Positions 1-9,838 of a stretch of 64,000 bases of DNA are shown piece after piece (the first letter of the stretch is position 1; each line of letters starts with the position of its first letter). The position numbers and the translations under genes are program-made. The notes under the pieces are model-generated. The model saw only the letters and a program-made list of their open reading frames with translations. It did no database searches and had not been told where the DNA came from. Source of the DNA: an uncultured Thermoleophilia bacterium (lineage in GTDB: Bacteria; Actinomycetota; Thermoleophilia; UBA2241); the NCBI GenBank assembly GCA_963715985.1, contig CAVQSP010000014.1, positions 160,001 through 224,000 of the forward strand, written 5' to 3'.

Positions 1-1
1 C

Positions 2-427
2 GCAGAGACCGGAGCCGAGCGCCAGCACCGGCGTCCACGCCAGCCAGTTGCACCACAGCGAGATCGGCGCTGCGGGCCTGATGTAGCGGATCCAGGCGGT
101 CGCGCCGTGCACCGCCGTGCCGCCCGACTTCTTCGGGTGCAGCCCGGCGATCTCGGCGTAGACGAAGGCGTCCACGAAGCCGACCAGCACGGAGAGCGTC
201 CACACGAGCACGGCGACCGGCCCGGTGCCGGCGGAGATGCCGCCCATCGAGAACAGGATCAGCGCCGGTACGCCGGCGGCCACGAAGAAGGCGCCGACCC
301 AGCTGAGGTCGCGGCGCATGTTGGTCTGGAAGCGTGACTTCTTGTAGTCATCGCCGTAGTCGGCGAGGTACTTGTCCGAAACGTCAGACCGCATCATGTC
401 GGACTGAGCTCGGTCTTGATCCGCCAT
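2..427 (-). CDS. APC-family amino acid/amine permease, N-terminal part (runs off window start); resembles dimethylamine-permease-like members
   Basis: Manual translation from ATG at 427: MADQDRAQ...RRDLSWVGAFFVAAGVPALILFSMGG...FVYAEIAGLHPKKSGGTAVHG...WCNWLAWTPVLA. Hydrophobic helices and the APC-type YAEIA-x-x-x-P-x-x-x-GG segment. Not in the ORF track. Confidence 0.85.
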   Translation of the reverse strand, partial: MADQDRAQSDMMRSDVSDKYLADYGDDYKKSRFQTNMRRDLSWVGAFFVAAGVPALILFSMGGISAGTGPVAVLVWTLSVLVGFVDAFVYAEIAGLHPKKSGGTAVHGATAWIRYIRPAAPISLWCNWLAWTPVLALGSGLC

Positions 428-1239
428 GGTTGATCGCCCCCTCTGCGATCGTCTCCGCGCCTCCCCGGCTCCGGACACCTGCGGATGTGAGTCCGGCGTG
501 GGCTCGGCGAGGGTTCGCCGTGGGCTCGGCGTCGCTAGCCGCCCAGACTCACTGAGTGATCGTGTGGCCGCCCCCTTTTTGGCGCCATAGGGCCTAGCAC
601 ACCCCCACTATGCTTCCCATACTACTCCGGGCCGCAGAGCCGTCAACGCCTCCTGGATCGGGACGCAGCCGCCATCCGCGTTCGGCAGGGCTCGCGTCCT
701 CTGATGCAACGTTCGTGTCGCCTCGGGCGTCGACCTGCAGCGTGGGGGTGGGTGCCTGAAGTCGCGCGGCTACCGCACCGGCAGACGAGGCCCGGCGTCG
801 CAGCCTCTGGACCCCACACCTCCGACGGCGAAGGCGGTCGTCAGCATCCTGTCATCGGCCCTGCGCACGGCGGCTGACGCCTTGGGCAGGATGCGACCAA
901 GCTCGCGCTCACGTTGCCGATGGTGGCGATGATGGCATTCTTCGCGGAGGACGCGCTCGTGCAGCGAGGACGTCGCCCGCCGACGCGGCCCGATCGTCGC
1001 GGCTGCGGGCGGCTCGCCGACGCGCGGTGGGTGAGGCAGGCCGTCAGGGCAGCGTGTTGACGAACCGACTCCACCCTCGGCGATCTCGAGGTCTCTGCAG
1101 ATCTTGCTGGCAAGAAGTCGTTGATCTCGCGGTGTCGTGGGATCGACGTGGCCTTGCCGACGCTGCGGTTGACGAACACCGAGTGTCTCGCGCCTTCTCA
1201 GAGCAGGACGCACCCGTGCGTCTCGAGATGACGCACGAG

Positions 1240-1841
1240 TGTCGACGCCGGGTGAAAACTGAGCACCTATCGCCGGTCGAAAACTGAGCACCCTTGAAGG
1301 GGGATCGGACCGGCGACGAACCTTGAGCGGCAAGCGGCTCAAGGGAGGAAGGGGTGTTTCAGGTGCACGAGTGGGCGCAAGTACGCGAGCTCCATCGGCA
1401 GGGCGTCTCCAAGAAGGCCATCGCCCGCGGCTGGGCATGAGCCGCAACACGGTCTCGCGCCTTGTGGCCAGCGACGAGCCGCCGCGCTACGAGCGCCGCC
1501 CGGTGGGCTCGCAGGTCGAGCCCTTCAAGGCGAGCGTCCGGGCGCTGCTCAAAGAAGACGCGGACGTGGCCGCCACGGTGATCCGCGAACGCCTCCAGCA
1601 GCGCGGCTACGCGGGCGGCATCACCATCCTCAAGGAGTACCTGGCGAAGGTGCGCCCGCAGTTCAAGGAGGCGCGCGACTACGGGCGCACGACCTACCTG
1701 CCCGGCGAGCTCCTGCAGGCCGACTGGTGGGATACCGGCGTCGACGTGCCGGTCGGCAAGGGCGTGCGCCGCCGTGCTCACGGCCTCGTTGCGACCCTGC
1801 CCTTCTCGGACGCCCACGCCGTCGTCTTCACGCACGCGCAG
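1240..1841 (+). mobile_element. Truncated IS21-family element (left end plus 5' part of istA)
   Basis: Begins TGTCGACGCC with two copies of GAAAACTGAGCACC, an IS21-type multi-repeat terminus. No istB or right end follows. Confidence 0.85.
1354..1841 (+). pseudogene. istA: IS21-family transposase IstA, frameshifted (~1430) and truncated
   Basis: MFQVHEWAQVRELHRQGVSKKAIAR/LGMSRNTV (HTH)...RGYAGGITILKEY...PGELLQADW...LPFSDA. Similarity ends at ~1841. Confidence 0.85.
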
Positions 1842-2250
1842 ATCGGGGGTCACGCCGCCGAAGCCGTTCCTGCTGTCGAGCTGGATCACGCCGTGCTGGT
1901 CGACGGAGCGGCCATAGGGATACTCGATGCTGTACCCTCCCGGCAGCGTGACCCCGCCGCCCACCATGCGAACGACCCGTTCGTGCCGTGGAAGCCGGGA
2001 GACGGGCAGAAGAAGCCGCACATGTCGGCGGCGAGCCGGCCGGAGCCTCCGTAGTTGCCGCGCAGGTCGAGGATGACACCGGGCACGCCCGCGGCGACGA
2101 ACGAGGCGATGGCCGCGCGGAACTGCTCGTACACCTTGGCCGGGTAGCGCCGTCGCCGGAGGGCTCGTGCTCCATCCTCACGAGCACGTAGCCGTACCCG
2201 TCCGGCAGGACGCGGGAGTCCACCTGGCTGGAGAACTCCGGCCGCACGGT
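1842..2250 (-). pseudogene. S41-family (tail-specific) peptidase remnant
   Basis: Fragments across three frames: SRVLPDGYGYV, GVPGVILDLRGNYGG, TLPGGYSIEYPYGR...GGVTPDLRV. Confidence 0.7.
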
Positions 2251-2291
2251 TCGTCACTCTCATCGAGCGTCCAAGGGCGAGCCAGGGCTTC

Positions 2292-2450
2292 AGTGAGTTA
2301 GCCTCATCCTCACCTGCGACTTGTCCACCGTGCGCAGCTGGTCGACGACGACCCGGCCGTCCGTGATGGCGAAGTGGATGCGGACGCCGGAGGGGCAGGG
2401 CCGTCCTGTGGTGGTGGGTGACGCCACGGCGACGGTGCGTGCGGACAGCG
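2292..2450 (-). pseudogene. PemK/MazF toxin C-terminal remnant
   Basis: Manual translation RTVAVASPTTTGRPCPSGVRIHFAITDGRVVVDQLRTVDKSQV matches the PemK 'DQIRTVDK' region. Confidence 0.6.
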
Positions 2451-2478
2451 TGAGTCCGTGCGCTGAGGCGACGCGCGA

Positions 2479-3807
2479 TCAGACGAACTGCCGCATGTAC
2501 TCGTACCCGGGGGTGAGCTCGCCGTGGTGCAGGATGAGCGCGCGCTGGAGCTCGGGCGGAAGGCTCAGACGGCGGTGCGGCAGCGAGAAGTCGGCCGCGG
2601 CCAGCGCGGGCACGAACGGGGTCAGGGCGGCGCTGAAAGCTTCAGACGACTCCCGCGAGAGCTCGCAAGGCAGGTTCCCAACGGCGAGCACGACGGGGCC
2701 ACGGCCCTCCACGCCGTCGGCGATACCGCCGGTGTCGGGGTCGTAGACGTAGACGGGCTCATCGATGTGGGTCTCCTTGACCGTGAGCTCCACCGAACCC
2801 TCGATGTCGCAGCTCACGTCGCCGATGACCCGGAGGTGCGGCGGGGTGGTGGCGGCGTAGAGCCTGCGCACCGCCGCCTTCGTCACCAGGCGCGGGTACG
2901 GCGTGTCCCAGAACACGCAGTTGAGGAGCACGGTCAGGTGCGCCAGCCGGCGCTCGAACGCGCCCTCGTACAGCTGCGGCTGCTGGTAATACTCGTCCAG
3001 CGCGAACGGCGCCGTGGCTCCACGCCGCGCCACCATGTCGTGCTCGGCGAACACGACCTTGTGGACGGCGCGGCGCGGGGCGGCTGCGGCGCCGCGGCAG
3101 GCGGCCCGCGCGAACAGGCCGTCGAGGTCGTCCGGCGCCACCGCGACGGCGCCGAGCGCGTCCACGACCTCTTGCGCACCGAGCGAGACGTTGCCGTAGC
3201 CCGTGATCCCGACGACGAACGGGCAGAGCTCCGAGGGCAGGCCGTCGCGGGCGATTCGGGCGCCCACCTCGCGGACCGCGGCGAGAGCCCCCGCGAGCGT
3301 CGGGTACCTGTACGTCTGCTCCAGCGCGGCGAAGGGATTGGGCGCGAGGCCCTCCCACTCCAGGCGCCGGCCGAGCGCCCACAACGAGTCGATGGCGCCG
3401 GCGAGGCCGGCGAACCGCGAGAAGTAGATGATCCTCCTGCCGCCCTCGTCGGTGATGCGCTCGTAGTCGATCAGCTGGCACCCCAGCTCCATGAGGCGTC
3501 GCAGCATGTCCATGTTGTAGGGCTGGCCTTTGATGGTGTGCGAGAAGAACGCGTAGGTCTTGCCCGGCGTGAAGAGCTCGCGAGGTATCTCCTTGACGGC
3601 GAGCACGATGTCGCAGGCGCTGAGGTCCTCGTCGATGCGGGCCCCGGCGCGCGCATACTCATCCGCGGCGAACACGCGCTGCGGCGACGGCTGGACGATG
3701 AGCTCAACGGAGCCAGAGCTCGTGAGGCGCGCGACGTCGCCGGGGACCAGCGGAACGCGCGCCTCCCAAGGATCTTTGTCTTCGCGGCGGATGCCTATGC
3801 GGCGCAT
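2479..3807 (-). CDS. Lysine-ketoglutarate reductase / saccharopine dehydrogenase-like protein (AlaDH/PNT superfamily)
   Basis: MRRIGIRREDKDPWEARVPLVP, FFSHTIKGQPYNM, LIDYERI, GYGNVSLGA, IGDVSCDIEGS, NLPCEL. Confidence 0.88.
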   Translation of the reverse strand: MRRIGIRREDKDPWEARVPLVPGDVARLTSSGSVELIVQPSPQRVFAADEYARAGARIDEDLSACDIVLAVKEIPRELFTPGKTYAFFSHTIKGQPYNMDMLRRLMELGCQLIDYERITDEGGRRIIYFSRFAGLAGAIDSLWALGRRLEWEGLAPNPFAALEQTYRYPTLAGALAAVREVGARIARDGLPSELCPFVVGITGYGNVSLGAQEVVDALGAVAVAPDDLDGLFARAACRGAAAAPRRAVHKVVFAEHDMVARRGATAPFALDEYYQQPQLYEGAFERRLAHLTVLLNCVFWDTPYPRLVTKAAVRRLYAATTPPHLRVIGDVSCDIEGSVELTVKETHIDEPVYVYDPDTGGIADGVEGRGPVVLAVGNLPCELSRESSEAFSAALTPFVPALAAADFSLPHRRLSLPPELQRALILHHGELTPGYEYMRQFV

Positions 3808-4014
3808 CGGCGGCGCCCTCCTCGTTGCCCGGCGCTGACGGCGCCAGTCTATGCGGGTCTCGAGGGCTTCGCCACGGGGAGAGCGAGCGCCACCGAAGGC
3901 GAGTCGCACGCTGCGCGAGTCACGGCGCGAAGAACTCGCGGAGCAGGTCGCGGACGGCGGCGGCCTCATTCGGGTCCAGCGCGCCCAGGCGCGTCGCCAG
4001 GCGCGCCTCCCGCC

Positions 4015-4347
4015 TTAGTCGGCCGGCTCGCCTTTCACGCGGGCGCCGATCACGAGGTAGGAGAGACCCTCGGGCCCGGCGACCACCTGGCGCTGGGCGG
4101 ACGGCTGCACCAGCACGTAACGCCCCGGCTCCAGGTCGACGTTCTCGCCGTCGATCTTGAGGTAGCCTGCGCCCGCGAGTGGCACGAACATCTCCTCCTG
4201 GCCCGACTTCAGCTCGGTGTGCTCAAAGCCCTCGTGGCCGGGCGGCGAGTCGAACTGGTTCGCCTTGATGGCGAGAGCCTCCAGGGCCTGGGCGACCGGC
4301 TTGCGCCGGCCTTCGAAGTCCTTGACGTCCATCATCGTGTAGCTCAC
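4015..4347 (-). CDS. Cupin-domain protein
   Basis: 110 aa; HTE...QEEMFVPLAGAGYLKIDGENVDLEPG cupin pattern; GGAGG RBS. Confidence 0.8.
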   Translation of the reverse strand: MSYTMMDVKDFEGRRKPVAQALEALAIKANQFDSPPGHEGFEHTELKSGQEEMFVPLAGAGYLKIDGENVDLEPGRYVLVQPSAQRQVVAGPEGLSYLVIGARVKGEPAD

Positions 4348-4482
4348 CGTGCGCCTCCTGCGAATGAAGATCGTGGTTGAAGTCGAGATTCAACTGCGGT
4401 TGTACCACAGGGGATGCAGACGAACTCCTCGCAGCGCGTCCAGGCACCCTCGAGCGGCACTCGACCCGAGAATCGGGAGCGG

Positions 4483-4660
4483 CTAGGACGGCCGGGCGAC
4501 GAGGCGCACATCGGCGTCCAGAGCCTCTGCGATCCGCTGAGGTTACTCGAACTCGACCAGTCGACGTCTGGCCTCGGCCTTCCCCTTCCTGGAGTCCTCT
4601 TCCGCTGCACTGCGTGAAACGCCAGGAACGCGATCCGCGCTACGACGGTCCCGGAGATGA
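4483..4660 (-). pseudogene. Decayed RelE/HigB-like toxin plus HTH antitoxin fragments
   Basis: Fragments ARIAFLAFHAVQRKRTP (toxin-like C-terminus) and QRIAEALDADVRLVARPS* (XRE-HTH-like C-terminus). Confidence 0.4.
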
Positions 4661-4667
4661 GCGCCTC

Positions 4668-4778
4668 ATGGCCCGAGTTGGCATCGACTTCTCGCGGGAC
4701 GACATTGCCGCCCTGTGCCGCCGTCACGGTATCCGACTGCGCGCGGCGCCGGAGGAACAGGCTGGCAGCACGCAGTGA
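4668..4778 (+). pseudogene. MNT-type nucleotidyltransferase antitoxin N-terminal remnant
   Basis: MARVGIDFSRDDIAALCRRHGIR, then similarity is lost before the expected LFGS motif. Confidence 0.5.
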
Positions 4779-5287
4779 GCGCGAACTGATTGGCTGAGCC
4801 AAAGGTCTGCGCTCGAGCTCAGTATGGTCCCGGTGAGCGTGGGGTCAACGAGCGTCAACCTTCGCCCACTCGTCGAGGCTCCGGTTGCCGTAGTCCAGTG
4901 TCTTGATCGGGGCAGTGCGGAGTGCGCAGTGCGAGCGGCTTTGCCCAGCGAACGCGCCCGTCGGCAGGGTGACGTTGGGCGAGCTGCGTCAGGCGCTGAT
5001 CTCATCGCCCTCTGTCAACGCCGGTCCGATGTTGAGCACCCTCAGCTCGCGGAATGCCTTGCGACCGCCCCGGTCTTCGGGCGCTATGAGAACAGTGCGA
5101 GCGATGAGGCGGGTGTGACCGCCCTATTCACACGCGTGTCCGCGCACGCGCGCGTGCCCCCGCCCGTCCGCGCTGCCTCTTCATGCTCTTTGAAAGAGGC
5201 AGCGCGGACGGGCGGGAGGTGCTCATGCACGATCGAGGCGAACGTGATGGACGGGACGGACAGGCAGGGACGCGGTTCCCACAGGGC

Positions 5288-5891
5288 ATGAGGCGGCACG
5301 AGGAGCCGGACTTCGGGTTCGCCATCGAGGTCCCGCGGCGGTTCATTCGGCTCACGAACACGGTGGATCCCATCGCGCAGATGATGCGCGTGGGCGCCGC
5401 GCAGGCCGGGCGCGAAGGGCAGGCGCCCGGCGGGGACGAGGAGAAGCCCGGCGGGGAGGAGCAAGCCTGGCCGACCGGCTTCTGCGACCCGGAGGTGCTC
5501 GGCGACATCGGCGGCGGGCGTCTACAGCCACTGCGCCTGCTCGAGATCGACACCCTCGGCCGTTCGGAGCCGCTGACCGACGACGAAGCGGCCGCTTTCT
5601 GGTTCGAGGCGCGGGAGGTGCTGCCGCAGGCGCTCGCGTCCTCGGAACTCCCCGGCTATCGCCTGCTCGACGTGCGGGATGCCACGCTCGGTCCGCTGGA
5701 TGCCCTCGCGTTCGAGTGGCGCTGGGACGGGCTCAGGCCCGGCGACCAGGGCGGCGACCGCGCGCTGCTGGTCTGGGCGCTGCATCCGCAGCGCGTGTTT
5801 CAGGTGTACTACCACTGCTGTGGCGACGAGTGGGAAGCGTATATGCCGGAATCTTCGGGGCATCCTCGGGTCGCTGGAGCTGTTGTCGTGA
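5288..5891 (+). CDS. Hypothetical protein (frameshift near 5850)
   Basis: MRRHEEPDFGFAIEVPRRF...QVYYHC; the alternative frame ends LRGILGSLELLS*, whose TGA overlaps the next GTG (GTGA coupling). Confidence 0.6.
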
Positions 5892-6209
5892 AGCGCACGT
5901 ACCACATCTATGCGATCCGCCTGGACGATGCCGTGCTTCGCCGCCGCGCGTTCCTCGAGCACAACCCCGACTACGTGGCGGGCAAACCGTGCTACTACAT
6001 CGGCTCGAGCATCTATCCGCCGGCGGTGAGGTTCCAGAAGCACAAGTCCGGGGTGAAGTCGTCGCGGTGGGTGCGCGACTTCGGGCTCTGGGTGACGGCC
6101 GGCAAGTGCCGCGAGGTCGAGCTGGAGGGGCCGGACGAGCCGGCGCGCAGCCGAGCGGCAGTACGCCGACAGGCTGCGCAAGAAGGGCTACGGTATCTGG
6201 CAGAACTGA
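5888..6209 (+). CDS. Small GIY-YIG-like protein (frameshift near 6150)
   Basis: VKRTYHIYAIRLD...NPDYVAGKPCYYIGSS...RFQKHKSG...; the shifted frame gives AERQYADRLRKKGYGIWQN*. HIY/YIG, Arg and Glu pattern. Confidence 0.7.
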
Positions 6210-6231
6210 GTCGGGGTGGGGAGGGGTCCGC

Positions 6232-7325
6232 GTGAGTGAGAACCGTGAGCTGCTTGAGTGGCTCTTCGCCGAGGGGCGCATCCTGGTGCAGAGGGGCCGG
6301 CTCTTCGACGAGCAGCCGGCCCCGCTGCCCGCCGGCTTCGACTGGGACCGCATCGACGGCATGCTGATGGGTCTGGCGATCGGCGACGCGCTGGGCAACA
6401 CGACCGAGTCGATGCTGCCGGAGCGGCGCCTGGCCGCGTGCGGCGAGATCCGCGACTACGTGCCGCATCACCGCTACCGCACCGTCGCCTCGCCGTCGGA
6501 CGACACGCAGCTGGCCTTCTGGACGCTCGACCAGATGCTGCAGGACGGCGGCTTCGTGCCCGAGCGCGTGGCGCAGCGGTTCGCGCGCGAGCAGATCTTC
6601 GGCGGCGGATCGGCCGTGAAGGACGCGCTCGACTGGGTGAGGCAGGGCGACGCGCCCTGGTACGAGTGCGGAGCGCCGTCCGCCGGCAACGGCGCCCTCA
6701 TGCGCATCGCGCCGATGCTCGTGCCCTTCGTGCGCTCGCCCTCGCCCGACCTGTGGGCGGACATCGCGCTCTCGGCCGATCATCACCCACAACGACGCCG
6801 CCTCGACCTCGGCGTGCCTCGCCTTCGGGGCGATGCTCTGGGAGCTGCTGGGCATGGACGCGACGCCGGAGCCGGACTGGTGGCGCCGGCGCTACGCGCG
6901 AGGTGGCGCACGACCTCGAGGGCGAGACGCGGTGCGGGCCGCGTGGCGGGCGGTTCGTGGGGTACGGGGCCGCTCTGGCGGTTCGTGGACGAGCGCCTCG
7001 CCGACGCCGGGCGCGCGACCTCTCCGTGCGCGCGGCCTGCGAGGAGTGGCGGTCCGGCGCGTACCTGCTGGAGACCGTGCCGTGCGTGCTGTACATCCTC
7101 ATGCGGCACGGCGCGGACCCGGAGGAGGCCCTCGTCCGCGCCGTCAACGACACCAAGGACAACGACACGATCGCGGCGATCATCGGCGCCGCCGTCGGTG
7201 CCCTCCACGGCGCCGGAGCGCTACCCGCGCGCTGGGTCGCCGGCCTGCCCGGGCGCACGCGGGCGGACGATGACGGGGAGGTGCAGAGGATCCTGGAGGC
7301 GGCGCGGGGGAGGTGGGGGGCGTGA
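6232..7325 (+). CDS. ADP-ribosylglycohydrolase (DraG/ARH family), several frameshifts
   Basis: GLAIGDALG, SDDTQL, AGNGALMRIAP, VNDTKDNDTIAAIIGAAVGALHG. Confidence 0.9.
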
Positions 7326-7478
7326 CGGGTGAGGTGCGGAGGCTTCGCGTGGGCGCAGGGGATCGCTCTCGTGAAGCGCACGTTGCCTTGGCGGCGCCCG
7401 CGGCTGTGACATCAACGTCACCGTGTCGACCCGATCGTCACTCTCCCCGCCGATGGGTCATGCGGCTGCGGTCGAGCC

Positions 7479-8216
7479 GTGCTCCATCTCTATCTCGACG
7501 AATCGGGAGACCACAGTCTGCGCCACATCCAGGCCTCCTACCCGCTGTTCGTGCTCGGAGGCGTCATCTTGGCCGATGACGCCGCCGTCGCAGCAGCGGG
7601 GGCGGCGATGGCGGACTTCAAACACCGTTGGTTCGGGGCGAAACGCGTGGTGCAGCACACCGCCGACATGGTGCGCAATCGCGGCGCCTTCGCGTGCCTG
7701 AAAGATGAGGCCGTGCGGTCACGGTCCTTCGATGAGCTGAACGATCTGCTGGTTCGTCTGGAGTTCAGCGTGGTGGCATGTGCCGTGCGCAAGGACGCAC
7801 ATCTCGAACGATATGGGGACGAGGCGATCGATCCCTACCTGCTCGCGCTCACCGTGCTCGTTGAGCGCTTCTGCTTCTGTGTCCGCTCCGACGCCGAGCG
7901 TGGGCGCATCGTCGCCGAGCGGCGCACGCCTCAGCTCGATCGACAGGTCGAGATGGGGTGGGGCCACCTTCGCACGCGCGGCACTCGCTACGTGCGCCCA
8001 TCCCTGATCGCGCGCCGCATCGAGGCGTTTGACTTCGTCGACAAGCGCGACGCTCCGGCGGGGATGGAACTGGCCGATGCGGTGGTGTCCCCGCTGGGGA
8101 GGATGCTGCTGGGGAAGCGGACGCGCATCGACCAGAGCATCGTCCAGGCGAAGCTGCGCCGTGGTCCGGACGGAAGGGAGTGGGGCAGGGGTCTGATCGT
8201 GTTGCCCCACGAATGA
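7479..8216 (+). CDS. DUF3800-domain protein
   Basis: N-terminal LYLDESGD...YPLFVLGGV and C-terminal GMELADAVV motifs. Confidence 0.85.
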   Translation: MLHLYLDESGDHSLRHIQASYPLFVLGGVILADDAAVAAAGAAMADFKHRWFGAKRVVQHTADMVRNRGAFACLKDEAVRSRSFDELNDLLVRLEFSVVACAVRKDAHLERYGDEAIDPYLLALTVLVERFCFCVRSDAERGRIVAERRTPQLDRQVEMGWGHLRTRGTRYVRPSLIARRIEAFDFVDKRDAPAGMELADAVVSPLGRMLLGKRTRIDQSIVQAKLRRGPDGREWGRGLIVLPHE

Positions 8217-8262
8217 GGCCGGCTCCCGCTACGCAGTCACCGGCCCTGAGGGGAGTGTAGCA
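8217..8262. ncRNA. Hairpin at the DUF3800 3' end, candidate DUF3800-associated RNA motif
   Basis: Stem GGCCGG 8217-8222 / CCGGCC 8240-8245. Loop GCTACGC can pair with GTGTAGC 8255-8261. A minus-strand TGcTACACT could alternatively be an extended -10. Confidence 0.5.
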
Positions 8263-8282
8263 GGCCGGAGGAGGCGGTCAAG

Positions 8283-8765
8283 GAGAGAGCACGTACTTCG
8301 GGACGATGGCGCCAGGCGCTGCCCAAGGTCCGTGGGGTCGGGGGATGAAGCATCCGGCTGTCGCCGGCTCCCGTACGGCACGCTACTTCCGCGTGGGCGT
8401 CTCCTTCGGAGTGACCGGCGCGTAGGCGAATCCAATAGAGGGATCCACCGGCAGCCGGCGTGTAGCGACTAAGCGACGGGGCAGTCAGGCATCCCGCCCA
8501 TGCGTGAGAAGCGCCTGCGCACCGGGCCGGCGAGGCGCGAGCACTGCGTGCATGCGGCCGGTGACGAGTTCTCAGGTCCTGGCTCGGACCAGCCGACGCC
8601 CGTCTACTTCGGTTGTCACTGGCGAGGTGGAGAGTCTCCCATGGAGCACGTACCTGCCGTGCGGCGCGCACTTCGCACCTGTCGGGCAGCGCAGCAAGTG
8701 ATCCGGGGGCCGGGAGCCCCGGCGTCGGCGACGAGATGAAGGAGCGGCTTGCCGCTCCTTTGTCG
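8283..8765 (+). ncRNA. Candidate large structured ncRNA of unknown class
   Basis: Nested long-range helices 8316-8324/8684-8692 and 8373-8380/8655-8662 enclose abutting helices 8390-8399/8495-8504, 8505-8510/8569-8574, 8575-8579/8586-8590 and 8591-8596/8609-8614. Two possible pseudoknots; ends at a terminator; no credible ORF. Confidence 0.65.
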
Positions 8766-8769
8766 TTCT
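8739..8769 (+). terminator. Intrinsic terminator
   Basis: AAGGAGCGG-CTTG-CCGCTCCTT followed by TGTCGTTCT. Confidence 0.75.
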
Positions 8770-9339
8770 GGCGCAACGATGCGCTAGAAGGATTGCCCCC
8801 GCCGCGGGGCCCTTGGCCCTGCCGCGACGGCCCGGCCTCGAACCAGTCCCAGCGGTCGGCCCCCGGAGCCGCGGCCACCATCCCACGGCGTGCCTCTCCC
8901 GGTCGATGAAGCGCGAACTGGGCGGCATATACGGATCGACCGGGAAGGCGAGGTCGTCCTCGAACGAGAACACCCGCAGGACGCGAGCGATGTTCTGCGC
9001 GTCGCGCGGCAGGAATGCGGGGGCGATCGCTCGTATCGCATCATCGCCGACGCCGGCGTGGTGTGGGCCGAATCGCGCCTTGCGCACGCCGGGTGACGCG
9101 GTCGAGCCGCCCCAGAGACGCGACCACCCCGGCTATCCTTTCGGAAGAGGCCCGTGGCCTCTTGTCGCCGGGGTGGGACCTTTGGGTGCAGTATACCCGC
9201 GGCGTGCAGCCTAACAAGGCTCACGTTGGCCGGCCGCCAACGGACATCCTGCGACGAGGCGCACATCGGCGACGAGATCCTCGGAGGGACGGCCGACGGC
9301 CGAGCCCACATCTTGCAGCTCTCGACGATGCCCCGCGTG

Positions 9340-9560
9340 GGCGCCAAACCGCGTCGGGATGCGCGTGGGGTAGAGCCGGCTGGCTGTCGTCAGTGCGGCG
9401 TCGAGCAGGTCATGGTCGCCCGCCAGGGCTTTCGACGCGAACGCCTCGTCCCAGCCTCTTCTGGGCCGGTCCGCCGGCGCCATGACAAGCGTGCCGGCCT
9501 GGGCCGTGAGTTCGACCTCGTCGCGCAACCTAGACTCCTCGAAGAGCGCCTTGGCTACCG
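9340..9560 (-). pseudogene. AbrB/MazE antitoxin remnant joined to a PemK/MazF toxin fragment
   Basis: KALFEESRLRDEVELTAQAGTLVMAPADRPRRGWDEAF...DLLD directly followed by LTTASRLYPTRIPTRF, consistent with an internal deletion. Confidence 0.65.
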
Positions 9561-9838
9561 GCAGTGTCAGAAGGGGAGGCGAGGTGCGCAGCGGACGGCG
9601 CAACGCTGCCGGTCGAGTCCATCTGCCGATGGTGCCGGATCTGCCGGAAGGCATCGGGGATGACGTGACCCCGGTGGGATGACGTACATCAGGAGTCGAG
9701 GTTGACGTTTGCCGGGGCGCCGCGCAGGCGTGCACCCATTTCGCAGGCATCCGCCTCTTGCCTGGGCCCTCCCCGAAGACGGCGCAGCGAGATAGCGTAG
9801 GGGTGACGTCGTCGCTGAGGACATCGAGAGGTGCCGCC

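Noticed and set aside
5183-6235. Single 350-aa fusion protein in the ORF track
   Set aside because: It resolves into two genes with a GTGA overlap at 5888-5891 once frameshifts are considered.
8500-8739. Small ORFs within the structured region
   Set aside because: No RBS, no coding-like codon bias or motifs; base pairing explains the region better.
8283-8765. RNase P, tmRNA or group II intron identity for the candidate RNA
   Set aside because: No GAGGAAAGTCC, no tRNA-like ends or tag peptide, no domain V AGC/CGC triad hairpin, and no reverse transcriptase nearby.
8572-9200. Minus-strand ORF fragment after a TATACT element and GAAAGGA
   Set aside because: Frames are inconsistent, no family is recognisable, and the 3' part overlaps the structured RNA.
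9209-9232. GCCTAAC...GTTGGCC as an attC site
   Set aside because: The boxes are only 9 bp apart with no L arms; at most a collapsed relic.
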